Position numbers and translations under genes: made by a program. DNA of 20,000 nucleotides from an uncultured virus (IMG/VR IMGVR_UViG_3300044724_003561). Lineage: Duplodnaviria > Heunggongvirae > Uroviricota > Caudoviricetes. Below the pieces are notes generated by a model, which did no database searches, was not told where the DNA came from, and saw only the letters and a list, made by a program, of their open reading frames with translations. Below, piece by piece: positions 1 to 9,973 of this stretch (positions are counted from its first letter, which is position 1; every line of letters begins with the position of its first letter). The DNA is taken from the IMG/VR virus record IMGVR_UViG_3300044724_003561, one strand, 5' to 3'.

Positions 1-2
1 AT

Positions 3-3000
3 GAAAACGAATTAACTTTAACTGTTGCTGATCCAACAGCAGATAGAACAGTTACTATACCTGACGCTACAGGTACAATAGTATTAAAAGATACAACAGA
101 TACATTAACTAATAAATCAATTAGTTTAACAAATAACACATTAACAGGTACATTAGCAGAATTTAATACTGCTTTATCAGATGGCTCATTTACTTCTTTA
201 GCGGGAACAGAAACACTTACAAATAAAACTATAGATAGTGCTAATAACACAATTACTTTAGATTTATCTGAAGGTACTTTAACTGGTACTTTATCAGAAT
301 TTAATTCTGCTTTATCGGATGGCTCGTTTGCTTCTTTAGCAGGAACAGAAACGTTAACTAATAAAACGTTAACATCACCAGTTATTTCTACAATCAGTAA
401 TTCAGGCACATTGACATTACCTACGTCAACTGATACATTAGTTGGTAGAGCTACTACTGATACATTAACAAATAAAACATTAACAAGTCCAGTTATATCA
501 ACTATTTCTAACTCAGGTACTTTAACGTTACCTACATCAACTGATACATTAGTTGGTAGAGCTACAACAGACACGTTAACAAATAAAACTTTAGGTGCTA
601 CAACTATTGCTGGTCACTTAACACCAGATACAAATGAAACATATGATTTAGGTTCATCATCATTTAAATTTAGAGATATATATTTGAGTGGTACTTCTAT
701 TAATTTAGGAGATGCTACAATAACTGCTGATGGTAGTTCAATAGTATTACCAGCAGGTACAACAGTTTCAGGTGGTAATGGTGCAGCTGTCGACTTAAAC
801 TCAACACAAACTTTAACTAACAAAACAATTGACGCTTCTAGTAATACTTTAAGTAACATTGCTAATACGTCTTTAACTAATTCTACAATTACACTTGCTG
901 GTGACTCAGGTTCACAAGCAATAGATTTAGGTGACACTTTAACAATTGAAGGTACATCAAACGAAATAGAAACATCACAATCAGGTGATACATTAACTAT
1001 TGGTTTGCCAGATGATGTAACAATAGGACAAGATTTAAGCGTAAGTAGAAATTTAACAGTTACAGGTAACTTAACTGTAAATGGAACTACTACAACAGTT
1101 AATACTACAAACACAACTGTTTCAGACTCAATATTAGAGTTAGCAACTGGTACAACAGGAACACCTGCTAATGACGCTGGTATCGTAATTGAAAGAGGAG
1201 ATAGTAATAACGCATTTATCGGATTTGATGAAAGTACAGATAAATTTACAGTTGGTACTGGTACATTTACTGGTGCAACATCTGGTGATTTAACAATTAC
1301 AACAGGAACATTAGTTGCAAATTTAGAAGCTACAACTGCTACATTAGGTGGTAGTGATATTCTATCAACTGATAATACTAAAACTTTATCAAATAAAACT
1401 ATTAATCTTTCAAGCAATACTTTAACAGGTACAGCTGCAGAATTTAATAGTGCTTTAAGTGATGGAACATTTGTTGAAATTGATGCTTCACAAACATTAA
1501 CTAACAAAACTTTAACTACTCCTGTTATTTCATCTATTTCAAATACAGGAACATTAACACTTCCTACAAGTTCAGATACATTAGTTGGAAGAGCTACATC
1601 GGATACTTTAACTAATAAAACAATTAGTGGTTCAAGTAATACTTTATCTAATATTGATAACTCATCTTTAAGTAATTCTACAATTACTATTCAAGGAAGT
1701 GATTCAAGTTCAGACGCTGTTGCTCTTGGAGAAACATTAACAATTGCAAACGGTGAAGGTATTACTACAGAAATTGCTTCAAATACTTTAACAATTACTG
1801 GAGAAGACGCTACAGATACAAACAAAGGTTTGGCTTCATTTAATGCTACAGACTTTTCAGTATCTTCAGGAAATGTTACTTTACAAACAGAAAGAATACA
1901 AGATATTGCTGGTGCAATGTTCAGTTCAAATACTGAAACATTAATTACAGCAACTTACCAAGATGTTGACGGCACAATAGATTTAGTTGTAGATAGTAAT
2001 TTAGCAAACTATGATAACTCATCTTCTGGTTTCATAACAGCTTCATCTACATCAACATTAACAAATAAAACTTTTGACGCAAATGGTACAGGTAACTCAA
2101 TATCAAACATTGAAGTTGCTGATTTAGCGACTGGTGTTTTAGATACAACTTTTTCAAGTGTATCTGTAAGTGATAACACACTTGCTTCAGCAAAAGCAAT
2201 TAAGGCTTATGTTGATGCTCAAGTAACTGCTAGTGCATTGGCAATTGCTGGTGATAGTGGTACTGGTTCAATAGATTTAGACACAGAAACTTTTTCAGTT
2301 TTAGGTGGTACAGGATTAACAAGTGCAAGTAGTGGAAATGCTATTACACTTAATATAGACAATGGCGGAGTTGATACTACACAATTAGCAGACGCTGCTG
2401 TTGAAACAGCCAAAATAGACAACCTTGCTGTAACTACTGCTAAAATAAATAATTTGGCTGTAACTAATGCTAAATTAGGTGCTGACTCTGTTGATGGAAC
2501 AAAAATTGCTGATGATAGTATAAATTCAGAGCATTATGTAGATGGTTCAATTGATACTCAACACATTGGTGACGACCAAGTTACAACAGCTAAAATTGCT
2601 GACTCAAATGTAACTGAAGGTAAAATTGCAAACAATGCTGTTACTGTTGCTAAATTAGCAACTACTTTAGATTTATCATCTAATACTGTAACGTTACCAA
2701 GTTCATTTGTAACTACAACAGGCACACAAACACTTACAAATAAAACAATAAGTGGTGCTTCAAATACTTTAACAAGTATCGGTAATGCTTCATTAACAAA
2801 TTCTACAATTACACTTACAGGTGATAGTGGTACAAATGCTATAGATTTAGGCGATACAATTACAGTTTCAGGAACTGCAAACGAAATAGAAACAAGTGTA
2901 TCTGGTGATACTTTAACAATTGGTTTACCAGATGATGTTACAATTGGAAACAATTTATCTGTAACAGGTAACACTACAATTACAGGAAATTTAACAGTTA

Positions 3001-6000
3001 ATGGTACTACAACTACAGTTAACTCAACAGCAGTTAATATTCAAAACGCATTTACATTTGAAGGTGCAAGTGCTGACGCATATGAAACAACTTTAACAGT
3101 TGTTGATCCTACTGCTGACAATACAATTAATTTACCAAACGCTTCTGGTACAATTGTATTAAGAGATACAACTGAAACATTAACTAACAAAACAATAAGT
3201 GGTGCTTCAAATACTTTAACAAATATTGGAAACAGCTCGTTAACAAATAGTAAGATCACAATTTCTGATGGTTCAAATACACAAGATTTAGACTTAGGTA
3301 ACACATTAACTATTACTTCAGGTGAAGGAATTGACGCCGTTGTATCTGCAACAGACACTTTAACAATTTCTGCTGAAGAAGCTACTTCATCTAATAAAGG
3401 TGTTGCTTCATTTAATTCTACAGACTTTACAGTAACTTCTGGTGCTGTAACTCTAAACGCTGAAAGAGTACAAGACATTGCTGGTGCAATGTTTAGTAGT
3501 AACACAGAAACACTTATTACTGCTTCATACCAAGACGCTGATGGAACAATTGATTTAGTTGTTGATAATGATTTAGCAAATTACGATAATACTAATTCTG
3601 CTTTCATTACTGCTTCATCAACAGATACTTTAACAAATAAAACATTTGACGCTAACGGTTCTGGTAACTCAATTACAAATATTGAAGTGGCAGATTTTGC
3701 TGCTGGTGTTTTAGATACTGATTTAGCTTCGGTATCTGCTAGTGATAATACTGTGGCTTCTGCTAAGGCAATTAAAGCTTACGTTGACGCTCAAGTAACT
3801 GCTAGTGACTTAGACTTCCAAGCAGATACAGGTGGTGCTTTATCTATTGATTTAGATAGTGAAACGTTATCATTTACTGGAGGAACTGGTATTGATACAG
3901 TTGGTTCAGGAAACAATGTAACGTTTAATATTGATTCAACTGTTGCGACATTAACAGGATCACAAACGTTAACAAACAAAACTTTAACAAGTCCAGTAAT
4001 TGCTACAATTTCAAATACAGGAACTATTACTTTACCATCATCTACAGACACATTAGTTGGTAGAAACACTACAGATACGTTAACTAATAAGACTATTGAC
4101 ACTGCTAACAACACAATTACTGTTGTTGAGGCAGATATATCTGATTTACAATCTTACATACTTACTGACAGTACTGATACGTTACAAAACAAAACAATTA
4201 ACTTATCAGATAATACTTTAACAGGTACAACAGCACAATTTAATAGTGCTTTATCAGATGGTTCATTTGCTACATTGGCTGGTACTGAAACATTAACAGG
4301 TAAAACAATCAATACTGCAAGTAACACAATTACTGTTGTTGAAGCTGATATTTCAGATTTACAATCGTACATTTTAGCTGACTCTGCTGATACTTTAGAA
4401 AACAAAACTATTGCTTTAGGAAGTAATACAATTTCTGGTTCACTTGCTGAGTTTAATAGTGCATTGTCTGATGGTTCATTTGTTTCATTAGCAGGAACAG
4501 AAACATTAACAAATAAAACTTTAACATCACCTACAATTACAGGTACTGGTGCAATTGCTGGTACATTTACTGGTAATATCACAGGTGACGTAACTGGTAA
4601 TGCTGACACAGCAACTGCCTTAGCTACTGCTAGAAATATTGGTGGAGTGTCATTTGATGGTACAGCCAATATTAATTTGCCTGGAGTTAATACAACAGGT
4701 AACCAAGATACTTCAGGAAATGCTGCTACAGCTACAATATTAGAAACTGCTAGAACGATTGCAGGTCAAAGTTTCGATGGTTCAGCAAACATAACTATCG
4801 CTTCAACAGATTTATCTAACACAAGTGATGTTGTATTATTAACTTCTACACAGACTTTAACGAATAAAACATTAACCTCACCTACAATCACAGGCACAGG
4901 TGCAATCGCAGGAACATTCACAGGTAATATTACTGGTGATGTTACAGGAAATGCTGATACAGCAACTGCTTTAGAAACAGCAAGAACTATTGCTGGTCAA
5001 TCATTTGACGGTACATCAAATATTACAATCGCTGCTACAGATTTATCTGACACAGATCAATCACTATCAACTACAGATAATGTAACGTTTAATGATATGA
5101 CTGTTTCTGGTAATTTGACAGTAAGTGGTACAACAACAACAGTAAATACAGAAACTATAAATCTTGCTGATAACACTATTACTTTAAATAGTAACGAAGC
5201 AGGTACACCATCACAAGACGGTGGTATAGAGATTGAACGAGGTACTTCAACAAATAAAACATTATTATGGAACGAAACATCAGATAAATGGACTGTTGGT
5301 TCTGAAACATTTGTTGCTGGTACATTTGAAGGTGCTTTAACAGGTGATGTTACAGGTAACGTAACAGGTGATGTAACAGGTAATGCTGATACAGCAACTG
5401 CATTAGAAACTGCTAGAACAATTGGTGGTGTATCATTTGACGGAAGCGCTAATATTAATTTACCAGGCGTTAATACTTCTGGTAACCAAGATACTTCAGG
5501 AAATGCTGCTACAGCTACTGCATTAGAAACTGCTAGAACAATTGCTGGTCAATCATTTGATGGCTCTGCTAATATTACTATTGCTTCAACAGATTTATCT
5601 AACACGTCAAATATTACTTTAAATGACGAAACACAGACTTTAACTAATAAGACAATTAACACTGCTTCTAATACAATTACAGTTGTGGAAGCCGACATTT
5701 CTGATTTACAATCTTACATACTTGCTGATAGTACGGATACATTAACAAATAAATCTGGTAATATATCACAATGGACAAATGATGCTGGTTACTTAACTTC
5801 GTTTACAGAAACAAACGATTTGACATCATCTGTTACTTGGGCTAATGTTCCTAACGCAAATATAACTGAAAGTTCAGTAACACAACACCAGGCAGCATTA
5901 AGTGTAACAGAATCTCAAATTAGTGATCTACAGTCTTATATTACGGCTACAAGTACAGATACACTAACAAATAAAACAATTGACGCTTCTAGTAATACAA

Positions 6001-6176
6001 TATCAAATATTGGAGATAGTCAATTAACAACAGGTATTGACGCTGCTAAAATTTCATCTGGATCAGTAAGTAATACTGAATTTGATTATTTAGATGGTGT
6101 TACATCAAGTGTTCAAACACAGTTAGATAATAAATCAACAAGAGGATTTGCTATTGCTATGGCAATTGCATTATAA
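3..6176 (+). CDS. Giant repetitive fibre-like virion protein (5'-truncated; >2050 aa in window)
   Basis: The frame is open from position 3 ([24 protein letters not shown]...) into the ORF-track ORF, so the TTG at 411 is not the true start. It has about 20 TLTNKT-type motifs, ARTI(A/G)GxSFDGxANI repeats, GNLTVxGTTTTVN...GIxIERG modules, AVTTAKI decapeptides, a C-terminal [16 protein letters not shown] motif and a hydrophobic [10 protein letters not shown] end. It lies upstream of gp13. Confidence 0.85.
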   Translation, partial: ENELTLTVADPTADRTVTIPDATGTIVLKDTTDTLTNKSISLTNNTLTGTLAEFNTALSDGSFTSLAGTETLTNKTIDSANNTITLDLSEGTLTGTLSEFNSALSDGSFASLAGTETLTNKTLTSPVISTISNSGTLTLPTSTDTLVGRATTDTLTNKTLTSPVISTISNSGTLTLPTSTDTLVGRATTDTLTNKTLGATTIAGHLTPDTNETYDLGSSSFKFRDIYLSGTSINLGDATITADGSSIVLPAGTTVSGGNGAAVDLNSTQTLTNKTIDASSNTLSNIANTSLTNSTITLAGDSGSQAIDLGDTLTIEGTSNEIETSQSGDTLTIGLPDDVTIGQDLSVSRNLTVTGNLTVNGTTTTVNTTNTTVSDSILELATGTTGTPANDAGIVIERGDSNNAFIGFDESTDKFTVGTGTFTGATSGDLTITTGTLVANLEATTATLGGSDILSTDNTKTLSNKTINLSSNTLTGTAAEFNSALSDGTFVEIDASQTLTNKTLTTPVISSISNTGTLTLPTSSDTLVGRATSDTLTNKTISGSSNTLSNIDNSSLSNSTITIQGSDSSSDAVALGETLTIANGEGITTEIASNTLTITGEDATDTNKGLASFNATDFSVSSGNVTLQTERIQDIAGAMFSSNTETLITATYQDVDGTIDLVVDSNLANYDNSSSGFITASSTSTLTNKTFDANGTGNSISNIEVADLATGVLDTTFSSVSVSDNTLASAKAIKAYVDAQVTASALAIAGDSGTGSIDLDTETFSVLGGTGLTSASSGNAITLNIDNGGVDTTQLADAAVETAKIDNLAVTTAKINNLAVTNAKLGADSVDGTKIADDSINSEHYVDGSIDTQHIGDDQVTTAKIADSNVTEGKIANNAVTVAKLATTLDLSSNTVTLPSSFVTTTGTQTLTNKTISGASNTLTSIGNASLTNSTITLTGDSGTNAIDLGDTITVSGTANEIETSVSGDTLTIGLPDDVTIGNNLSVTGNTTITGNLTVNGTTTTVNSTAVNIQNAFTFEGASADAYETTLTVVDPTADNTINLPNASGTIVLRDTTETLTNKTISGASNTLTNIGNSSLTNSKITISDGSNTQDLDLGNTLTITSGEGIDAVVSATDTLTISAEEATSSNKGVASFNSTDFTVTSGAVTLNAERVQDIAGAMFSSNTETLITASYQDADGTIDLVVDNDLANYDNTNSAFITASSTDTLTNKTFDANGSGNSITNIEVADFAAGVLDTDLASVSASDNTVASAKAIKAYVDAQVTASDLDFQADTGGALSIDLDSETLSFTGGTGIDTVGSGNNVTFNIDSTVATLTGSQTLTNKTLTSPVIATISNTGTITLPSSTDTLVGRNTTDTLTNKTIDTANNTITVVEADISDLQSYILTDSTDTLQNKTINLSDNTLTGTTAQFNSALSDGSFATLAGTETLTGKTINTASNTITVVEADISDLQSYILADSADTLENKTIALGSNTISGSLAEFNSALSDGSFVSLAGTETLTNKTLTSPTITGTGAIAGTFTGNITGDVTGNADTATALATARNIGGVSFDGTANINLPGVNTTGNQDTSGNAATATILETARTIAGQSFDGSANITIASTDLSNTSDVVLLTSTQTLTNKTLTSPTITGTGAIAGTFTGNITGDVTGNADTATALETARTIAGQSFDGTSNITIAATDLSDTDQSLSTTDNVTFNDMTVSGNLTVSGTTTTVNTETINLADNTITLNSNEAGTPSQDGGIEIERGTSTNKTLLWNETSDKWTVGSETFVAGTFEGALTGDVTGNVTGDVTGNADTATALETARTIGGVSFDGSANINLPGVNTSGNQDTSGNAATATALETARTIAGQSFDGSANITIASTDLSNTSNITLNDETQTLTNKTINTASNTITVVEADISDLQSYILADSTDTLTNKSGNISQWTNDAGYLTSFTETNDLTSSVTWANVPNANITESSVTQHQAALSVTESQISDLQSYITATSTDTLTNKTIDASSNTISNIGDSQLTTGIDAAKISSGSVSNTEFDYLDGVTSSVQTQLDNKSTRGFAIAMAIAL
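351..572 (+). repeat. Tandem 111-nt (37-aa) repeat, 2 copies
   Basis: Units start at 351 and 462 (a third begins at 573 and diverges). Both encode [37 protein letters not shown]. Confidence 0.95.
2364..2663 (+). repeat. Ten degenerate 10-aa repeats ([14 protein letters not shown])
   Basis: [100 protein letters not shown]; exactly 300 nt. Confidence 0.9.
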
Positions 6177-6187
6177 ATATATAAATA
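6172..6187 (+). promoter_or_regulatory. Two tandem T4-type late promoter motifs (TATAAATA x2)
   Basis: TATAAATA at 6172-6179 and 6180-6187, overlapping the stop codon of the giant ORF and 15 nt upstream of ATG 6203. Confidence 0.8.
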
Positions 6188-6202
6188 TAAGAGAGAGAAA
6201 AC

Positions 6203-6535
6203 ATGGCACAGAATTTTAGAAGATACACAGCAAGAAACGTTGGAACTTCAGCTACAACAGTATTTACAGCTGACAGTTATGACACAGTAATTGGTATAGC
6301 ATGTGCTAATATTACAACAGCTGAAATAAAAGTTGACGTGATATTAAATGATGCTGATTCTTCAAATGACGTGTACCTTATCAAAGGTGCACCAATTCAA
6401 AATGGTGGCACTTTACAAGTAATAGATGGTGGAGCTAAATACGTAGTAAAAAGTGGAGACGTTTTAAAAGTCGTTTCTAATACTGCTAGTTCACTTGATG
6501 TTATTGTAAGTGTAGTAGATGATATTTCAACATAG
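6203..6535 (+). CDS. Small beta-rich hypothetical virion protein (110 aa), putative fibre adaptor
   Basis: ATG preceded by a GAGAG-rich stretch and late promoters. Alternating hydrophobic/polar strands suggest a beta-sandwich. The adaptor role is inferred from context. Confidence 0.7.
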   Translation: MAQNFRRYTARNVGTSATTVFTADSYDTVIGIACANITTAEIKVDVILNDADSSNDVYLIKGAPIQNGGTLQVIDGGAKYVVKSGDVLKVVSNTASSLDVIVSVVDDIST

Positions 6536-6544
6536 GAACAATAA

Positions 6545-6799
6545 ATGGCTTATATAGGAAACAACATAGATATTAGTAAAGTCAGATTTGCTGAAATGAA
6601 GGCTACTTCTTTAGACAAATCTGCAATTCAAACAATTTATTTAGGCGGCGGTGAAGATGGAGTTAATAACTCACCTACAGATGCTTTTGGAGTTTCTTTA
6701 GAACAAGTACTAACAGATTGTAATAATTCAAGTTTCGATATTATTGATATGGGAACAATTGAAGATACAGTTGGAATAGTCGATTTTGGTTATATTTAA
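6545..6799 (+). CDS. Small acidic hypothetical protein (84 aa), MAYIGN N-terminus and DMGTI/DFGYI C-terminal motifs
   Basis: AGGA RBS just upstream, tightly coupled to the previous gene. MAYIG-type starts are familiar to me from marine phage fibre loci (recalled, not searched). Confidence 0.7.
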   Translation: MAYIGNNIDISKVRFAEMKATSLDKSAIQTIYLGGGEDGVNNSPTDAFGVSLEQVLTDCNNSSFDIIDMGTIEDTVGIVDFGYI

Positions 6800-6834
6800 A
6801 CTAATAAAAAACGGGGAGTTAAACAACTTATTAT

Positions 6835-6842
6835 TATAAATA
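6835..6842 (+). promoter_or_regulatory. T4-type late promoter TATAAATA
   Basis: Exact consensus in the intergenic gap upstream of ATG 6880 (RBS AAGGGAG at ~6864-6870). Confidence 0.8.
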
Positions 6843-6879
6843 ATAGAAGTTAGTTTGTTAATAAAGGGAGAGAACAACA

Positions 6880-9063
6880 ATGCCAACAATTTTACAATTA
6901 AGAAGAGGTACTACTGCTGAAAATGATGCCTATACAGGTTCAGTCGGTGAAATAACAGTAGATACTACATTAAACAAAATTCGATTACACGATGGATCTA
7001 CTGCAGGTGGTGACACTATTGGAGATGGATCAGGAAATATTCAAATCGGTGTAACAGGAAATAACGAAATAGATACATCATCAGGAAATCTTACTATAGA
7101 TTCAGCTGGTGGTACAGTTACAGTTGATGATAACTTAACAGTATCAGGTAACTTAACAGTATCAGGAACAACTACTACTGTAGACTCAACTACTATTGAA
7201 GTACAAAACGCTTTAGTATTTGAAGGCAGTACAAGTGACGATTACGAATTAACTTTAACAGCAGGTGACCCTACTGCTGATAGAACAATTACTCTTCCAG
7301 ATACTACTGACACACTAGTTGGTAAAGCAACAATAGATACTTTAACAAACAAAACTTTAACAAGTGCTGTATTAAATACAGCTGTTTCAGGTACTGCTAT
7401 ATTAGATGAAGACAATATGGCATCTGACTCTGCTACACAACTTGCAACTCAACAATCTATTAAGGCATATGTTGACGCTCAAGTTACAGCTTCTGATTTA
7501 GACTTCCAAGGTGACTCTGGTGGTGCATTATCAATTGATTTAGATAGTGAAACATTTACAGTTGCAGGTGGAACTGCTATTAGCACATCTGGTTCATCAA
7601 ATACAGTAACAGTAACACTAGACGACACAGCTGTTTCTGCTGGTTCTTATGGTTCTTCAACTGCAATTCCAACATTTACAGTTGACGCTCAAGGACGATT
7701 AACTGCTGCTGGTACAGCTTCTATATCTTCAAATATGGGAATTGCTGGCGATAGTGGTACAGACACAATCACAGTTGGTACAGATACTTTCACAATTGCT
7801 GGTGGTACTGGATTAACATCAGCTGCTACAACAGATACAATTACTTTAAACATTGATAGTACTGTTGCAACATTAACTGGTTCTCAAACACTTACAAACA
7901 AAACAATCGATACTGCTTCTAACACAATTACAATTGTTGAGGCAGATATTTCTGATTTACAATCTTATATAACTGCAAGTTCTTCAGATACATTAACAAA
8001 TAAAACTATCGCTCTAGGTAGTAACACCGTTTCAGGTACTACTGCTCAGTTTAACTCTGCCCTTTCAGATGGTTCATTTGTTACATTGGCTGGAACAGAA
8101 ACGTTAACAAATAAAACTTTAACATCACCTACTATCACAGGCACAGGTGCAATTGCAGGAACATTTACTGGTAACATCACAGGTGACGTAACTGGTAATG
8201 CTGACACAGCAACAACACTTGAAACTGCTAGAAATATCGGTGGCGTATCATTTGATGGAAGTGCAAACATTGATTTACCTGGCGTTAACACAACTGGTAA
8301 TCAAAATACTTCAGGTTCAGCTGCAACGTTAACAACTGCTAGAACTATTGCTGGCCAATCATTTGATGGTTCTGCTAATATCACAATTGCAGCTACAGAT
8401 TTATCTGACACAAACCAATCACTAGCAACTAGTGATAATGTTTCATTTGCTAACTTAACATTAAGTGGTAATTTAACAGTTAATGGTACTACAACAACTG
8501 TAGCATCTACAAACACAACAATTGCAGATAATTTACTTGAACTAAACTCAGGTGCAACTTCAAACGCAAACGATGCTGGTCTTTTAATCGAAAGAGGAAG
8601 TACTGGTGACAATGCAATTATTGCTTGGGATGAAAGTGCTGACAAATTTGTTGTTGGTACTACAACTGCAACTTCAAGTGACACTGGTGATTTAACAATC
8701 GCAACCGCTACATTAGTTGCAAACGTTGAAGGAAATCTAACTGGTGATGTAACTGGTGATGTAACAGGTAATGCTGATACAGCAACACTTGCTGCTGACG
8801 CAACAACATTAGCAACGCCTAGAACAATTGCTGGCCAATCATTTGATGGTAGTGCAAACATCTCAATCGCTTCAACTGATTTATCAGATACAGCTAGTAT
8901 TGCGTTATTAGATTCAACACAAACGTTGACAAACAAAACGATTGCTGCTGGATCAAACACGATTTCAGGCCTTACATCTTCACACTTTGCTAGTGCTGTA
9001 ACACTAGTAATTAATGATTCATCTGGATCTGCTGTTAAGACAATTGTTGGTTCTGCAAGTTAA
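6880..9063 (+). CDS. Fibre protein with Mtd_N-like (major tropism determinant N-terminal) domain, 727 aa
   Basis: The N-terminus LQLRRGTTAENDAYTGSVGEITVDTTLNKIRLHDGSTAGG matches the Mtd_N pattern (QxRRGT...GE.xVDT....xHDG.TAGG). The body is built from the same repeat modules as the giant ORF. Confidence 0.85.
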   Translation: MPTILQLRRGTTAENDAYTGSVGEITVDTTLNKIRLHDGSTAGGDTIGDGSGNIQIGVTGNNEIDTSSGNLTIDSAGGTVTVDDNLTVSGNLTVSGTTTTVDSTTIEVQNALVFEGSTSDDYELTLTAGDPTADRTITLPDTTDTLVGKATIDTLTNKTLTSAVLNTAVSGTAILDEDNMASDSATQLATQQSIKAYVDAQVTASDLDFQGDSGGALSIDLDSETFTVAGGTAISTSGSSNTVTVTLDDTAVSAGSYGSSTAIPTFTVDAQGRLTAAGTASISSNMGIAGDSGTDTITVGTDTFTIAGGTGLTSAATTDTITLNIDSTVATLTGSQTLTNKTIDTASNTITIVEADISDLQSYITASSSDTLTNKTIALGSNTVSGTTAQFNSALSDGSFVTLAGTETLTNKTLTSPTITGTGAIAGTFTGNITGDVTGNADTATTLETARNIGGVSFDGSANIDLPGVNTTGNQNTSGSAATLTTARTIAGQSFDGSANITIAATDLSDTNQSLATSDNVSFANLTLSGNLTVNGTTTTVASTNTTIADNLLELNSGATSNANDAGLLIERGSTGDNAIIAWDESADKFVVGTTTATSSDTGDLTIATATLVANVEGNLTGDVTGDVTGNADTATLAADATTLATPRTIAGQSFDGSANISIASTDLSDTASIALLDSTQTLTNKTIAAGSNTISGLTSSHFASAVTLVINDSSGSAVKTIVGSAS

Positions 9064-9129
9064 TAATCAATTAATCTAAACCGATTTTTAGACACACCAT
9101 AATTGCGTCTTTGCAACGCCTGATAATCG

Positions 9130-9137
9130 TATAAATA
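9130..9137 (+). promoter_or_regulatory. T4-type late promoter TATAAATA
   Basis: Exact consensus 16 nt upstream of the gp13 ATG, with an AAGGA RBS in between. Confidence 0.85.
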
Positions 9138-9153
9138 GTATAAAAGGATTAGT

Positions 9154-9969
9154 ATGGCCAACCCAGCAACAAGAGAAGAATTAAAACAGTACGCTTTAAG
9201 AACATTAGGCAAGCCTGTCATTGAGATAAATGTAGATGACGATCAGGCTGAAGATAGAATAGATGAAGCGTTACAATATTTCGCACAATATCACTATGAT
9301 GGCGTTGAAAGAACATATCTAAAATATCAAGTTACTCAAGCAGATGTAGATAGAATCAAATCTCCTGATGGAGATACGTCTTCAAGTGTAACTAAAAATT
9401 CTGTAACTACTGCGTGGACTGAACAAAATAATTTCATAGTAGTGCCAGAAGCTGTATTAGCAGTTACAAGAATATTTCCTCTTTCAAATAGGGGTAATCA
9501 AAATATGTTTGATGTTAGATACCAATTAAGATTAAATGATTTATATGATTTTACATCTTCTTCAGTTATTCATTATGAAATGGTAATGAAAAATTTAGAT
9601 ATGTTAGATCACATATTAGTTGGTGAAAAACCTATTAGATTTAATCAATATAATAATAAACTATTTGTAGATATGGATTGGAAACATGACATATCTGTAG
9701 GAGAGTATCTTGTTATTGAGTGTTTTAGAAAACTAGACCCTACCGTTATGACAGACGTTTATAACGACATATACTTAAAAAGATATGTTACTGCATTACT
9801 TAAAAAACAATGGGGTTCTAACTTATCTAAATTTAATGGTGTTGCAATGTTAGGTGGTGTTACACTTAACGGTCAACAAATATTTTCAGAAGCACTACAG
9901 GATATACAAAAATTAGAAGAAGAAATAAGAGGCACATACGAAACGCCTATAACTTACATGATAGGATAA
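9154..9969 (+). CDS. gp13: Neck protein gp13
   Basis: T4-like gp13 motifs (ELKQYALRTLGKPVIEINVDDDQ..DRIDEALQYF; KKQWGSNLSKFNGVAMLGGVTLNG) and synteny. Confidence 0.93.
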   Translation: MANPATREELKQYALRTLGKPVIEINVDDDQAEDRIDEALQYFAQYHYDGVERTYLKYQVTQADVDRIKSPDGDTSSSVTKNSVTTAWTEQNNFIVVPEAVLAVTRIFPLSNRGNQNMFDVRYQLRLNDLYDFTSSSVIHYEMVMKNLDMLDHILVGEKPIRFNQYNNKLFVDMDWKHDISVGEYLVIECFRKLDPTVMTDVYNDIYLKRYVTALLKKQWGSNLSKFNGVAMLGGVTLNGQQIFSEALQDIQKLEEEIRGTYETPITYMIG

Positions 9970-9973
9970 TGCC

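Noticed and set aside
411..413. TTG start of the 1921-aa ORF
   Set aside because: The frame is open back to position 3 with the same repeat motifs, so the real start is upstream of the window. The ATG at position 1 is in another frame and hits a stop within a few codons.
6144..6173. [10 protein letters not shown] as a membrane anchor or autotransporter signal
   Set aside because: Ten residues is too short for a transmembrane helix, and the context is a phage late structural operon.
614..8960. Multiple long minus-strand ORFs (e.g. 614-1507, 4154-4669, 8301-8960)
   Set aside because: These are Val/Ser/Pro-rich antisense shadows of biased-codon repeat genes, with no recognisable motifs, fully inside + strand CDSs.
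6880..9063. Diversity-generating retroelement suggested by Mtd_N
   Set aside because: No reverse transcriptase, no C-terminal lectin-like variable region, and no TR/VR pair with adenine-specific mismatches is visible. Repeat differences are mostly synonymous third-position changes.
1..9063. CRISPR-like array from recurring 'acattaacaaataaaac' motifs
   Set aside because: The repeats are in-frame, degenerate at wobble positions and irregularly spaced. They encode TLTNKT.
9064..9129. Rho-independent terminator after the Mtd_N fibre
   Set aside because: Only weak short inverted repeats are present (TCTAAA/TTTAGA, TTGC/GCAA), without a convincing GC stem and U-tract.
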